Assembly (NCBI GenBank): GCA_046331705.1
Contig: JAXLQJ010000003.1
Location: forward strand, 214,897-278,896
DNA length: 64,000 bases
Source: a bacterium
Lineage (GTDB): Bacteria; JADJOY01
Reading direction: 5' to 3'
Numbering within the stretch: the stretch's first letter is position 1; each line of letters begins with the position of its first letter. Under the pieces are notes generated by a model. The model was not told the DNA's origin, ran no database searches, and saw only the letters and a list, made by a program, of their open reading frames with translations. A program made the position numbers and the translations under genes. Shown here piece by piece: positions 51,599 through 61,440 of this stretch.

Positions 51599-52549
51599 AT
51601 GAATCGAAACAGCCCGTCCGCCTCGCCCGTCGAGACCCATTACGCCGAGTTCTTCGGCGCCATCGCCGACATGGCGCCAGGGCTTCTGCACCTGCACTAC
51701 GGCGTCTGCGATTCCGCACCCACCACACCGTGGCACGCGTTTCGCGCGCTGGCTCACGGCCCCGCCGCGCTCCTCGACGCCCTCTGGGACGCCGGCGAGG
51801 TGGCGCGGCTGCCGGCGGGAGCGCGCGGCCTCGATCTCGGCTGCGGGTTGGGCGGCACCTCGAGCGAGCTGGCGAGGCGATTCGGCCTGCGCATGGCGGC
51901 GATGGATCGCACGCGCTCGCAAGCGCGCCGCGCCCACCAGCGTCTGCGCCGACTGCCCCACGGCGATCGGGTCGCGGTGGCACAGGCGAGCGGAGTCGCC
52001 CTGCCCTTCGCGTCCCGCGCGTTCCAGCTGGCGGTGACCATCGAGGTGCTCTTCCATGTCGCCGACAAGCCCGCGGTCTTCGCCGAGGTGGCGCGCGTCC
52101 TCGCGCCAGGCGGCTGCTGGCTGATCGTCGACCAGGAGAACCACGATGCCGGCAACGGCCTGAGCGAGCTCTTCCACTTCGCCGAGCGGGGCGACATCGA
52201 GCGCTTGGGCGCCCGCGTCGGCCTCGCGCTCGCGCGCGAGGTGGACCTCTCGCCGGGCGTGGCGCGCTGGATGGGGCTCTACGCCCGCATGGCCGCGCCA
52301 GCGTGGCAAGCGGCGCTGGTGCCGCTGGCGCTGGCGCGCGGTGGCCCGGCGCTGGCTCGGCGATACCTGCGCGGGATCCGCACCTACGAGCAGCTGGTGC
52401 TCGAGAACGCCGCACGCAGTGGGCTCGTCGCCCCCGACGCCAGCGCCCGCGGCGCGATCCGGCGTCTCAGGCTTCACACCCAGCGCTGCCTGGAGGACGG
52501 CAGCGTGGCCTACAAGATCTGGGTGCTGCGCCGGGACGGCGCGAGCTGA
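51599..52549 (+). CDS. Class I SAM-dependent methyltransferase
   Basis: Motif I LDLGCGLGGTS. Start at MNRNSPSAS. Confidence 0.75.
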   Translation: MNRNSPSASPVETHYAEFFGAIADMAPGLLHLHYGVCDSAPTTPWHAFRALAHGPAALLDALWDAGEVARLPAGARGLDLGCGLGGTSSELARRFGLRMAAMDRTRSQARRAHQRLRRLPHGDRVAVAQASGVALPFASRAFQLAVTIEVLFHVADKPAVFAEVARVLAPGGCWLIVDQENHDAGNGLSELFHFAERGDIERLGARVGLALAREVDLSPGVARWMGLYARMAAPAWQAALVPLALARGGPALARRYLRGIRTYEQLVLENAARSGLVAPDASARGAIRRLRLHTQRCLEDGSVAYKIWVLRRDGAS

Positions 52550-52586
52550 CGAGCGCGCCCGGCGCCGGCGCCCCCGACCGGATTCG

Positions 52587-54275
52587 TCATGCGGCGAGCG
52601 AAGCCGCGCGTGGCGGGGCGCTCGGATAGCGCGCGGCGATCTGGGCCGCGAAGCGCGCGTCGACCCAGCGATGGGCGAGCGCGAACAGTCGGTGCAGGCG
52701 CGGGTGGCTTTCCACCAGATGCTGCTGGTAGGCGAGCAACGGCTCGCGCTCGGAGAGCTCGTACTCGGGCGTGCCGTCGAAGAAGAGCGGCGCCCACAGG
52801 CTCAGTCGCTCGCGCCGTGCGCGGTCGTCGAGGGCCTCGAGGAGGTCCATCGCCTCGCGCGCGTCCATCGTCGCGTGGCGGAAGAACGGCTGGTTGGTGC
52901 GACCATCGTTCCAGTCCTCGAGCGCGAAGCGCGCGCGCGATTCCGGGCTCAGCAGCGGCACGCCCTCCATGCGCGTGTTGAGCAGCGCGAGCAGGTAGAA
53001 ATCGGGGCGCGTGCGCTCCAGAAACCGATACGTCTCCTCGATCGTGGCGCGGGTCTCGCCCGGAAAGCCGAGCACCAGCGTCACGATGGTCGACACGCCG
53101 AGCTCGCGACACGCGAGCAGCGCCTGCGCGTTCTTCTCGACCGTCTGCCGCTTGTTCATCGCGTCGAGGATCGCCTGGCTGCCCGACTCGGCGCCGATGT
53201 GGACCTGCGCCAGCCCCGCGTCGCGCATCCGCGGCAGCAGATCGTCCGTCACGAGGTCGTCGCCGCGCGCGTAGCAGATCCATCGCACGCGCAACCGGCG
53301 GCGCTCGATCTCGTCGCAGAGCTCGCGAATCCGCGAGCGCGGCACGGTGAAGAGCGAATCGAAGCAGCTCACCACCTCGACACCGAGCTCCTTCACGTAG
53401 CGTTCCCATTCGTCGGCGATGCGCTTGGCGCTCTTGATCCGAAACGACGTGTCGTCGAACAGGAACGGGAAGTTGCAGAACTCGCACCGATACGGGCAGC
53501 CGCGCACCGATTCGTAGCGAACCATCCGCAGCCGCCGCCCGCCGCGCCGTGCCCACCCGGCCCAGTCGGCGCTGGGCAGCGCGTCGAGGCTTCGTCCTTC
53601 CGGTCGGTGCGCGCGCACCACCAGGCAGCCAGCGCGCGATTCCACCGCATACGCTTCGGAGGGCGGGAACGCGCGGTAGCCCGAGCGAATCCACGCCGCC
53701 AGCGCGGGCACCAGGACCTCTCCGTACCCCACCGCGAGCACGTCGACTCCGGCCAGCGGCTGCCAGCGGCCGTGCAGCAACCCCACGAGCGCGCCGCCCA
53801 GCACCACGCGCACGCCCGGTCGCGCCACCAGCCGCACCAGGGGCTCGAGCTCGCTCAGATCGCGAATGAGCGTGGTCGAGACGAGCACGCAAGCGTGCTC
53901 GGCCAGCAACCGCTCGCGGGTGTCCGCGTTCGCGAAGAGCTCGCTCAGCGTGACGCTGGTGGTCGCGAGTCCCTCGGCCTCGAGAAGCCCGGCGAGCACG
54001 ACCTCGGTGAGCGTCGGCGTCTCGGCCTCCAGGCGCTTGGCGAAGAATCGTTCCACGTCCGGGCACCACGCGGCGTCGCGCGGCAGCGCGCGCTGCGCGA
54101 GCGCGTGCGTCAGGAAGAGCTCGATGGGCGTGAGCTTGACCTTGAGGTCGAGCAGGCTGCGCGAGCTCGCGACGTATTGCGCGCGCTGCTTGCGGAGCTC
54201 GGCCCACACCGACGCGTGCGATCCCGCGATCAGCGAGCCGGTCACCAGCAGCACGCGTTGGTCCCGAGCGGTCAT
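52587..54275 (-). CDS. B12-binding domain radical SAM protein (class B rSAM), 562 aa
   Basis: N-terminal B12-binding-like Rossmann region. CPYRCEFCN (CxxxCxxC) radical SAM cluster. The listed ORF continues upstream (to 55061) only as an out-of-frame read-through over the ABC ATPase gene. Start set at MTARDQRVLL (ATG 54275). Confidence 0.85.
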   Translation of the reverse strand: MTARDQRVLLVTGSLIAGSHASVWAELRKQRAQYVASSRSLLDLKVKLTPIELFLTHALAQRALPRDAAWCPDVERFFAKRLEAETPTLTEVVLAGLLEAEGLATTSVTLSELFANADTRERLLAEHACVLVSTTLIRDLSELEPLVRLVARPGVRVVLGGALVGLLHGRWQPLAGVDVLAVGYGEVLVPALAAWIRSGYRAFPPSEAYAVESRAGCLVVRAHRPEGRSLDALPSADWAGWARRGGRRLRMVRYESVRGCPYRCEFCNFPFLFDDTSFRIKSAKRIADEWERYVKELGVEVVSCFDSLFTVPRSRIRELCDEIERRRLRVRWICYARGDDLVTDDLLPRMRDAGLAQVHIGAESGSQAILDAMNKRQTVEKNAQALLACRELGVSTIVTLVLGFPGETRATIEETYRFLERTRPDFYLLALLNTRMEGVPLLSPESRARFALEDWNDGRTNQPFFRHATMDAREAMDLLEALDDRARRERLSLWAPLFFDGTPEYELSEREPLLAYQQHLVESHPRLHRLFALAHRWVDARFAAQIAARYPSAPPRAASLAA

Positions 54276-54304
54276 GGCGTGGTCCGGGCCGCGGATGGCG
54301 GTGG

Positions 54305-55002
54305 TCAGGACGCCTGCGGTCCCGACACCAGGCGGCCGTCGGAGAGAACGTAGCGAGTGGAAGTGCGCTCGACCACACGCGGATCGTGGGTGGCGACGAG
54401 GAACGTGGTGCCGTGGCGCTGGTTGAGGGCCGCCATGGTGTCGAGCAACGCCAAGCCGGTGGTGTGGTCGAGATTCGCCGTGGGCTCGTCGCCGAGGACG
54501 ATCGGCGGCTCCTTCACCAGCGCCCGCGCCACCGCGACGCGCTGCTGCTCGCCTCCCGAGAGCTCCGTCGGTCGCGCCGCCGCTCGATGCGCGACGCCCA
54601 GCTCGTCGAGCCAGCGCCGCGCGCGCTCGGCGCGCTCCCGCGACGCGATCCCGAGGAGCGCCAGCGGCAGCTCGACGTTCTCCTGCGCGGTCAGCACGTC
54701 GATGAGGTTGTAGCTCTGGAAGACGAAGCCGATGGAACGCTTGCGGAACAGGGCGCGCGCCGCTGCGCCGAGCGCCGAGACCTCCGCGCTTCCGACCCGC
54801 ACCGAGCCGGCGTCCGGCCGATCGAGCCCGCCGATCAGGTTGAGCAACGTCGTCTTGCCCGAGCCCGAGGGCCCGACCAGCGCCGCGAACGAGCCTGGCT
54901 CCACCGCGAAGCTCACGTCGTCGACCACGCGTGCGCCGCCGTAGCTCCGCACCACGCCGCGAACCTCGATTCTCGCGCTCCGTCCGCCGTCGCTCACGTG
55001 CA
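54305..55002 (-). CDS. ABC transporter ATP-binding protein (LolD/MacB-type)
   Basis: Walker A GPSGSGKTT, signature LSGGEQQRVAVARAL, Walker B IVLGDEPTANLD, H-loop ATHD. Confidence 0.9.
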
Positions 55003-55017
55003 TCCTCCTTCGCGTCG

Positions 55018-56280
55018 TCAGCGATGGCGCAGCGCCGCGACCGGCTCGAGACGCCACGCACGCCACGCCGGCAGCACCGCCGCGATCAGGCCCGCACCGA
55101 GCACCACCGACGCGGCGATCACCACCTGACTCGCCTCGAAGCGCCCGCGCACCCCATCGCCGATCGAGAAGCCGCCCACCGAGAACGCCGCCGCGGCGTC
55201 GAGGCCGGGGATGCCGGCGCGCGTGAGATGGATGGCCACCGCGGCGCCGAGCACCGCACCCATCAGCACGCCGATCCCCAGCAGCCACGCCGCCTGCGCG
55301 AGCACCAGACCCACGAGCGCGCGCGGGCTCGCGCCGAGAGCTCCCACCGTGCCCAGATCGCGCAGCCGTTCCTCGAGGCCGAGCCACAGGATGTCGGCGA
55401 CCGCGAGCGCCACCAACAGCACCTCCAGCACCAGGAAGACCCGGTACACCGCGACGTTCACGTTGACGTAGTCGACGATCGCCGGCGACACGGAGGTCCA
55501 CGGCTCCGCGAAGAGCGCGGGCGTGCCGGGAAGCCCTGCACCGACTCGCGATACCGCTGCGGGTAGGTGCTCGAGCGAGCGTTCGGCGGGCGGCAACGCC
55601 AGCGCCACCTCGTGGACCAAGCCGTGCGCGTCGAGCAGGGTCTCGGCGAGTCCGCGCGGCGCGAGCACCACGAACGCCTCGACGTCGCGGGAGGCCGCGC
55701 GGAAAAGACCCGCGACCCGCGCTCGCGCTCCGCGCGGCAAGCCGAAGCGATCCCTGGCGACCAGCTCCAGCAGGTCGCCGGGATGCAAGCCCAAGGCTTC
55801 CGCCTGGACGGAGCTGAGCAGCACCGGCGCGGGTTCGTCGCCGCCCGCTGGCGCGCGCTCGAGCGCATCGAGCTCCGCCACGTCGGGCGAGAGCCGCGCC
55901 TCGGCGGCGGCGTCGATGCCGTAGAGAAACGCAGCGCGCTCCGAGCCCTCGGCGCCAACCAGCACCGGCACGATCACGCGCGTGGTGACGCGCGCGCCAC
56001 TTCCGAGCGTGGCGGCGAGCCGAGCCAGCGCAGGCTCGGGATCGAAGACGTCGGCGGTGCGGCGCGACGCGACGTCGCGACTCGAGGTGATGATCACGTC
56101 GCCGAGCAGCGTGCCGGTGGCCCGATCGAAGAGATACTCGGCGAACCCCGCGAGCGCGGCGAGCACGATCGCCACCACCGCGGTGCCGATCGCCACCGAG
56201 GCGATCGCCAGGCAGGCGCGCTTCGGCCGGCCCCACACCAGCCGCCACGCGAGCCCCAGCAACGCCGTCGCCTCCGTCAT
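55018..56280 (-). CDS. ABC transporter permease, FtsX/LolC/E-like
   Basis: 420 aa. N-terminal TM helix, large periplasmic loop, C-terminal three-TM FtsX domain. Start MTEATALL; the listed ORF to 57468 is an antisense extension. Confidence 0.8.
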   Translation of the reverse strand: MTEATALLGLAWRLVWGRPKRACLAIASVAIGTAVVAIVLAALAGFAEYLFDRATGTLLGDVIITSSRDVASRRTADVFDPEPALARLAATLGSGARVTTRVIVPVLVGAEGSERAAFLYGIDAAAEARLSPDVAELDALERAPAGGDEPAPVLLSSVQAEALGLHPGDLLELVARDRFGLPRGARARVAGLFRAASRDVEAFVVLAPRGLAETLLDAHGLVHEVALALPPAERSLEHLPAAVSRVGAGLPGTPALFAEPWTSVSPAIVDYVNVNVAVYRVFLVLEVLLVALAVADILWLGLEERLRDLGTVGALGASPRALVGLVLAQAAWLLGIGVLMGAVLGAAVAIHLTRAGIPGLDAAAAFSVGGFSIGDGVRGRFEASQVVIAASVVLGAGLIAAVLPAWRAWRLEPVAALRHR

Positions 56281-57539
56281 GCCGCGCGCAACGCTTCCAC
56301 CGGATCGAGGGTCGCGATGCGGCGCGCCGGCCACCATCCCGCAGCCGGCCCGACCACCAGCGCGAGCACCGTGCCGAGCGCGACCTCGGCGGGGCCGATG
56401 TAGGCACGGATGATCGGCGGCATCACCTGCCCCGCGACCTCGAGCGTCTTGGCGGACGCCGAGAAGTCGAGGCCATGGTGCGCGAGAAACCACGAGACCG
56501 GCACGCTCAGCACGATCCCGGCGAGCGCACCGAGCGCACTCGTGATCCACGCCTCGAGCTGGATCAGCCAATCGAGATCGCGCGGCTCGAGGCCGAGCGC
56601 GGTGAGCACGCCCAGCTCGCGGGTTCGATCGATGATACCGAGCACGAAGGTGTTCGCGACCCCGATGGTCTGCACGATCACCAGGATCGCCACCAGCAGA
56701 TACACCGCGCGCCGCTGGACCTCGGTGATCCCTTCGACGTCGGGCGCGGTGTCTCGCCACGACACCACGGTGAGCGACGCATCGCGAAGCGCGCCCTTCA
56801 CCAGCGACAACCGCCCCAGCACCTCCTCGGCGGAGAGCGCTCGGTCGAGCTCGATGCCCCACGCGGTCACGCACCGTTCGCCGACGAGCGCTTGCAGGTC
56901 CTCGAGCGCGAGCGCCACGGTGAAACGATCGCCGGGTCCGCCGTCGCCGCGCGCTGCCGGCGCCAGCGTCGCCGCCACGGCGATCTCTCCGCCGCGCGCA
57001 TCGCGAAGCCGGAGGCGCGTCCGGCCACCGCGATCCACACCCAGCCGCGCCGCCAGCTCCGGTGAGACACGGCCTGCGACCGCGGCGGGCCGCGCTGCAG
57101 CGCCGCTCGCGGGCGTGGCGCGGAACCCGACGCGCGTCGCCTCCAGCCGAACCGGCGCCTGATCGCGCGGGCCCTCCACCAGCGCGGGCCATTCCAGGAT
57201 CGCCGTCCAGCGCGCGCCGAAGCTCGCCGCCCGCGTCGCATCGAGGGGTGCTGGCTCCTCGGGAAAGCGCAAGCGCGGATCTCGGGAGCGATGGTGCCCC
57301 GGCCGTTCGACTCGCCCGAGCCCGTGGGCGGCATCGCTGGTCAAGCCGAGCAAGGTCTCGTGGCTCCAGCGCTGCAAGCCGAGCGAGAGCGCCACCGCCA
57401 CCACGCCGAGCGCGTTGGCGACGACCAGCACTCCCGTCCGGCGCCGGTGCGCGAGCACGCCGCGCCACGCCACGCCAGCGAGCGCGGCGAACGGCAGCCG
57501 GCGCACGCGGACCGTCTCGTCAGAGGTAGCGACGGACAT
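56277..57539 (-). CDS. ABC transporter permease, FtsX/LolC/E-like (second)
   Basis: 420 aa with the same architecture. ATGA overlap with the downstream permease. Confidence 0.8.
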   Translation of the reverse strand: MSVATSDETVRVRRLPFAALAGVAWRGVLAHRRRTGVLVVANALGVVAVALSLGLQRWSHETLLGLTSDAAHGLGRVERPGHHRSRDPRLRFPEEPAPLDATRAASFGARWTAILEWPALVEGPRDQAPVRLEATRVGFRATPASGAAARPAAVAGRVSPELAARLGVDRGGRTRLRLRDARGGEIAVAATLAPAARGDGGPGDRFTVALALEDLQALVGERCVTAWGIELDRALSAEEVLGRLSLVKGALRDASLTVVSWRDTAPDVEGITEVQRRAVYLLVAILVIVQTIGVANTFVLGIIDRTRELGVLTALGLEPRDLDWLIQLEAWITSALGALAGIVLSVPVSWFLAHHGLDFSASAKTLEVAGQVMPPIIRAYIGPAEVALGTVLALVVGPAAGWWPARRIATLDPVEALRAA

Positions 57540-58128
57540 GCCGGCGATATTCCTCGTGCGCCGCGCCGAAGCGCGCCGCCAGCGAACGATCCTCCTCGGC
57601 AGCGAGCTGGTGGAATCCCGCGACCAGCAGCAGCACGCAGAGCGCGCACGCGAGGCTCGGATTCCAGAGCCATTCGCCGAGCAGGAACACGATGGAGCTC
57701 ACGTAGACGGGATGGCGCGAGCGGGCGAAGGGGCCGCGAGTCACGAGGTCGACGGGCGCGAGCGGGCCAGTTTCCTCCAGGCCGACGCGCAACGCACGCC
57801 CCATCGCGAGCTGCGATCCGACCATGCCGAGATGGCCGACCACGGCGATCGCCCATCCCACTGCCGCCGGCGGGGCGACCAGGGGACGGCCGAGCGGCGA
57901 GGCCCCAAACGCCGGGCTCGTGAAATGGGCGACCACCGCGCTCGCCCATGCGAGCGAGACCACGCCCATCGCGGCCTGGATCCGGCGGTGGCGCGAGGCC
58001 CGCGGCCGGCGCCACCGCGCGTGCGGAAACGCGCCGAAGCGCAGTCGGTACACCAGGCTCGTGCCGAGAAATCCGGCGAACACGTGCCAGACGACGAACG
58101 CCAGCTCGAGGCGCGCGAGAAGGTCCAT
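57520..58128 (-). CDS. Isoprenylcysteine carboxyl methyltransferase (ICMT)/phospholipid methyltransferase family membrane protein
   Basis: Multi-TM. C-terminal RHPVYVSSIVFLLGEWLW...EE..L...FG..Y..Y motif typical of the ICMT/PEMT family. Start MDLLARLE (ATG 58128). 3' end overlaps the permease start by 20 nt. Confidence 0.7.
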   Translation of the reverse strand: MDLLARLELAFVVWHVFAGFLGTSLVYRLRFGAFPHARWRRPRASRHRRIQAAMGVVSLAWASAVVAHFTSPAFGASPLGRPLVAPPAAVGWAIAVVGHLGMVGSQLAMGRALRVGLEETGPLAPVDLVTRGPFARSRHPVYVSSIVFLLGEWLWNPSLACALCVLLLVAGFHQLAAEEDRSLAARFGAAHEEYRRHVRRYL

Positions 58129-58318
58129 GCCGGTCGTGAGGGGCCCGCCGCAACGCCACCGCAGGCCCGCGCAAGGATGGGGGATCGACGTCGGGGTCTC
58201 AAGCGATCCCACCGCACACCGTCACGCGCGCCGAAGACGACGTGGCGTTGGCGAGCGCTCACGGCGCGGGGTACCATCGACCGGTCGACCCTCGCTCGGG
58301 TCGGCGAAGGGAGATTCG

Positions 58319-59671
58319 ATGCGTCTCGCCCTGATCTCGCCGAAAGGACCGCTCTACCGGCACCGCGGCGGCATCTTCAAGAAGTCGTTGCGCTACGCGC
58401 CGTTGACGCTGGTCACGCTGTCGGCGCTCGTGCCCGACGACGTCTCCGCGGAGATCACGATCATCGACGAAGGCATCGAGGACGTTCCGCTCGATCTCGA
58501 GGCGGACCTCATCGGCATGACCGTGATCACGGGCTCGTCGCCGCGCGCCTACGAGCTGGCCGACCATTTCCGCGGCCGCGGCATCCCGGTGGTGCTGGGC
58601 GGCCCGCACGTGACGCTCGTCCCCGAGGACGCGGAGCCGCACGCGGACGCGATCGTCACCGGCTACGCCGAGGACACCTGGCCCCAGCTGCTGCGCGACT
58701 TCGCCGCCGGGCGGATGGCGCCGCGATACACGCAAGCGGCGGACTTCCAGCTCACCCACGAGAACCTGCGCTTCCCGCGACGCGAGCTGCACAAGAGCAA
58801 GAACTACATCACCACCGCCGTGGTCGAGGCCACCCGCGGCTGCATCCACGACTGCGATTTCTGCGTGGTCCCCTCGGCGTGGGGCCGCCGCCCCTTCGAG
58901 AAGCCCGTCGAGCACGTCGTCGAGGACGTGCGGCGCACCCGCGCCCGCCACGTGATCTTCATCGACCTCAACCTCATCTCGCATCCCGATTACGCGAAGG
59001 AGCTCTTCGCGGCGCTGATCCCGCTCGGCATCCGCTGGTACGGCCTGTCGACGACGCGCATCACGCGCGACCCGGAGTTGCTCGACCTCACGGTCCGCAG
59101 CGGTTGCAGGGGGCTCTTGCTCGGCTTCGAGACGCTCTCCCACGACAACCTGCGCTCGAGCAAGAAGGGCTTCAACGACCCGCGGAACTACAAGGACATC
59201 GTGAAGAAGCTCCACGAGCGCGGCATCTCGATCAACGGCACGTTCGTGTTCGGGCTGGACGAGGATACGCCCGAGATCTTCCAGCGCACGGCGGAGTTCG
59301 TGATCGACGCCGCGATCGACCTGCCGCGCTTCGCCGTCGCCACGCCATTCCCGGGCACCACGCTCTTCAAGCGCTTGGAGGCGGAGGGGCGGATCCTGAC
59401 CCGCGACTTCAGCCTCTACGACGGCCAGCACGTCGTGTTCCAGCCCGCGCGCATGACTCCCGAGCAGCTCATCGAGGGTCATACCGAGGTCTGGAAGCGG
59501 GTCTACAGCGTGAGCTCGATCGCGCGGCGGATCGCGTCGTCGCGGGTACAGATACCGCTCTCGATCGCGGCGAACTGGGGCTATCGCTTCTACGGCCAGA
59601 ACCTGCATCGCTATTACAACTGCGACTGGTTCGTCGGACGCGAGCGGGGCGCCGAGCGCATGGCCGCTTGA
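58319..59671 (+). CDS. B12-binding domain radical SAM protein with DUF4070-like C-terminus, 450 aa
   Basis: B12-binding-like N-terminus (IGMTVITGSS). CIHDCDFCV radical SAM motif. C-terminal ...YYNCDW region. SD GAAGGGAG before ATG 58319. Confidence 0.85.
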   Translation: MRLALISPKGPLYRHRGGIFKKSLRYAPLTLVTLSALVPDDVSAEITIIDEGIEDVPLDLEADLIGMTVITGSSPRAYELADHFRGRGIPVVLGGPHVTLVPEDAEPHADAIVTGYAEDTWPQLLRDFAAGRMAPRYTQAADFQLTHENLRFPRRELHKSKNYITTAVVEATRGCIHDCDFCVVPSAWGRRPFEKPVEHVVEDVRRTRARHVIFIDLNLISHPDYAKELFAALIPLGIRWYGLSTTRITRDPELLDLTVRSGCRGLLLGFETLSHDNLRSSKKGFNDPRNYKDIVKKLHERGISINGTFVFGLDEDTPEIFQRTAEFVIDAAIDLPRFAVATPFPGTTLFKRLEAEGRILTRDFSLYDGQHVVFQPARMTPEQLIEGHTEVWKRVYSVSSIARRIASSRVQIPLSIAANWGYRFYGQNLHRYYNCDWFVGRERGAERMAA

Positions 59672-59871
59672 ACGGTCGGCGCGGGATGGTGCCGGACACC
59701 CGGCCGGACACCCGGCGGCGGTCCGCGCGCAGCGCCGCGCTCGCGCCGCCGCGCGATGCCCCGCAATCCCGACGCGAATCTCGACCCCGAGTCGACGCTC
59801 GCCCAGCGAACGCCGACGCCCGTGGCTGCCGCCCGCCAGCGACGCACCTCGACTGATCGCCATCCGCGCCC

Positions 59872-60864
59872 GTGTCCTCGTCCTCATTCTCGATTCCGCC
59901 CGCGAGCGACGGAGCCCTCGCTCGCGCCACCACGCGGGTTCCGCCGCGACGGTTCGCGGACCCGGAGGTCGTGGTCCAGTCCTGGTACGTCGCCGCACGC
60001 TCGCGCGCGCTGCGGGTCGGCGCCGTCGCGCGCAGCAATCCGTGCGGCCGGCCGCTGGTGCTGTGGCGCGGCGTCGACGGCCAGGTGCGGGCTGCGGACG
60101 CGCACTGCCCACACCTGGGTGCGCACCTCGGGCACGGCTCGGTGACGGGCAACGATCTCGTCTGCGCGCTTCACCACTTCCGGTTTCGCGACGACGGCGT
60201 GCTGGTGGAGGCGCCCGCGCTCACGGTGCGACCGAATTGCCGCCTGCGGACGTATCCGACCACCGAGCGCTGGGGCTTCGTCTGGATCTGGCACGGACCG
60301 GAAGCGCTCCATCCGCTGCCCGGCCCCGCCGAGACGGAACGGCTGCGGACGCTGGTGCTGCCCCCGCAGCGCTTCACGTGTCACCACCACCTGATCGCGG
60401 TCAACGCGTGCGACACGCTTCACCTCGGCCCGTTGCACGGCCTCGAGCTCGCGACGCCGCCCGAGGTATCCATCGCCGATGCTCATCGCGCCGAGATGCG
60501 CCTCGTCGGGCGCTTCACCGCGGCGTGGAAACGCAAGCTCACCGGCGGTGACTCGGCAGACTTCGACGCACGCTTCGTGGTCAGCGGCGGCAACATTTGC
60601 TGGGTGAGCGTGGCGGCTCCCGTGCCGTTCCAGGTGCTGTTCGCCGGCAGGCCCGAGGGTCCGGGGCGCTCGCGCACCCAGTCGTTCGTGTTCTTCCCGC
60701 CGGGCAGCGTACGCCGCGCGCCGTCGATCCTCGGCCTCTTGGTGTTGTTGCTGCGGCGCGATCACCAGCTCCTCGAGGATCTGGCGTTCCGGCGCGGATT
60801 CACCAGCGGCGACCGAATCTTGGAAGCATTCGTCCGACACATCGACGCCATGCCGGTGGGATGA
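59872..60864 (+). CDS. Rieske [2Fe-2S] domain protein (ring-hydroxylating oxygenase alpha-like)
   Basis: Rieske motif CPHLGAHLG...CALHHF (CxH-x16-CxxH). The listed GTG start at 59872 may be slightly upstream of the true start. Confidence 0.75.
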   Translation: MSSSSFSIPPASDGALARATTRVPPRRFADPEVVVQSWYVAARSRALRVGAVARSNPCGRPLVLWRGVDGQVRAADAHCPHLGAHLGHGSVTGNDLVCALHHFRFRDDGVLVEAPALTVRPNCRLRTYPTTERWGFVWIWHGPEALHPLPGPAETERLRTLVLPPQRFTCHHHLIAVNACDTLHLGPLHGLELATPPEVSIADAHRAEMRLVGRFTAAWKRKLTGGDSADFDARFVVSGGNICWVSVAAPVPFQVLFAGRPEGPGRSRTQSFVFFPPGSVRRAPSILGLLVLLLRRDHQLLEDLAFRRGFTSGDRILEAFVRHIDAMPVG

Positions 60865-60967
60865 AGCGGCGCGTCGCAACCTGCCACACACGCGTTGCGT
60901 CGCGACACGAGGCTGCAACACCGATCCGCCCGAGCCGGGGGGCGTCCGCGTCGCGCCCGTCCACAGC

Positions 60968-60990
60968 TCTGAAATCACGAGACTTTTCAG
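60968..60990. promoter_or_regulatory. AT-rich inverted repeat CTGAAATCACGAGACTTTTCAG
   Basis: A 6-7-bp AT-rich palindrome in a 72%-GC genome. About 135 nt upstream of the small ORF at 61126. Confidence 0.4.
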
Positions 60991-61125
60991 CGTGTCGGAT
61001 CGGCAGCCCACGCGCAGCCGTTGGCCCGTCGTTTGCTCTACCGCTCTCCCGGATCCTCCCTGCGATCCCAGGCGCGCTCGCGGCGCTTCCTTCGAGGAGC
61101 GACGCCGACGCGCCGGAGAGAAGCC

Positions 61126-61311
61126 ATGTACCGAGTCGAGCTGATCGACGGACGTGTCGAATGGATGGACGCGGACGCCGTCGCCCACTACGCGGGCATC
61201 ATCAAGGCGTTCGTCCTCGACGAGCCCACCGACTTCGAGGGCGAGCTCGACAGGCTGTTCGCCGAGATCGAACCCCGGACGGCCGCACGAACCAGCGCGC
61301 GCGCGTCCTGA
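61126..61311 (+). CDS. Hypothetical small acidic protein (61 aa)
   Basis: ATG preceded by GGAGAG at -11. MYRVELIDGRVEWMDADAVAHYAGIIKAFVLDEPTDFEGELDRLFAEIEPRTAARTSARAS. High GC3. Confidence 0.5.
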   Translation: MYRVELIDGRVEWMDADAVAHYAGIIKAFVLDEPTDFEGELDRLFAEIEPRTAARTSARAS

Positions 61312-61440
61312 GCAGCACCCGCCGCCGCGTGCGTGCAGCACGGTGCGCGCGCGCCACCGGTATCGTCGGCGTTCGTGCATTGCTGAGCGCGCGAACGAAT
61401 TCGCGCTAGGATCACCGCCCCTCGCTCCTTCGAGGTCGCG

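Noticed and set aside
52587-55061. 824-aa ORF suggesting a giant rSAM fusion
   Set aside because: Only the C-terminal 562 aa (from MTARDQ, ATG 54275) have rSAM/B12 homology. The N-terminal part is an out-of-frame read across the ABC ATPase gene, whose own frame shows Walker A/B and signature motifs.
60880-60912. Possible sigma-54 promoter TGCCAC-N7-TTGCG
   Set aside because: It lacks the invariant GG at -24, and the spacing is 2 nt too long. It is retained only as a hairpin-forming sequence.
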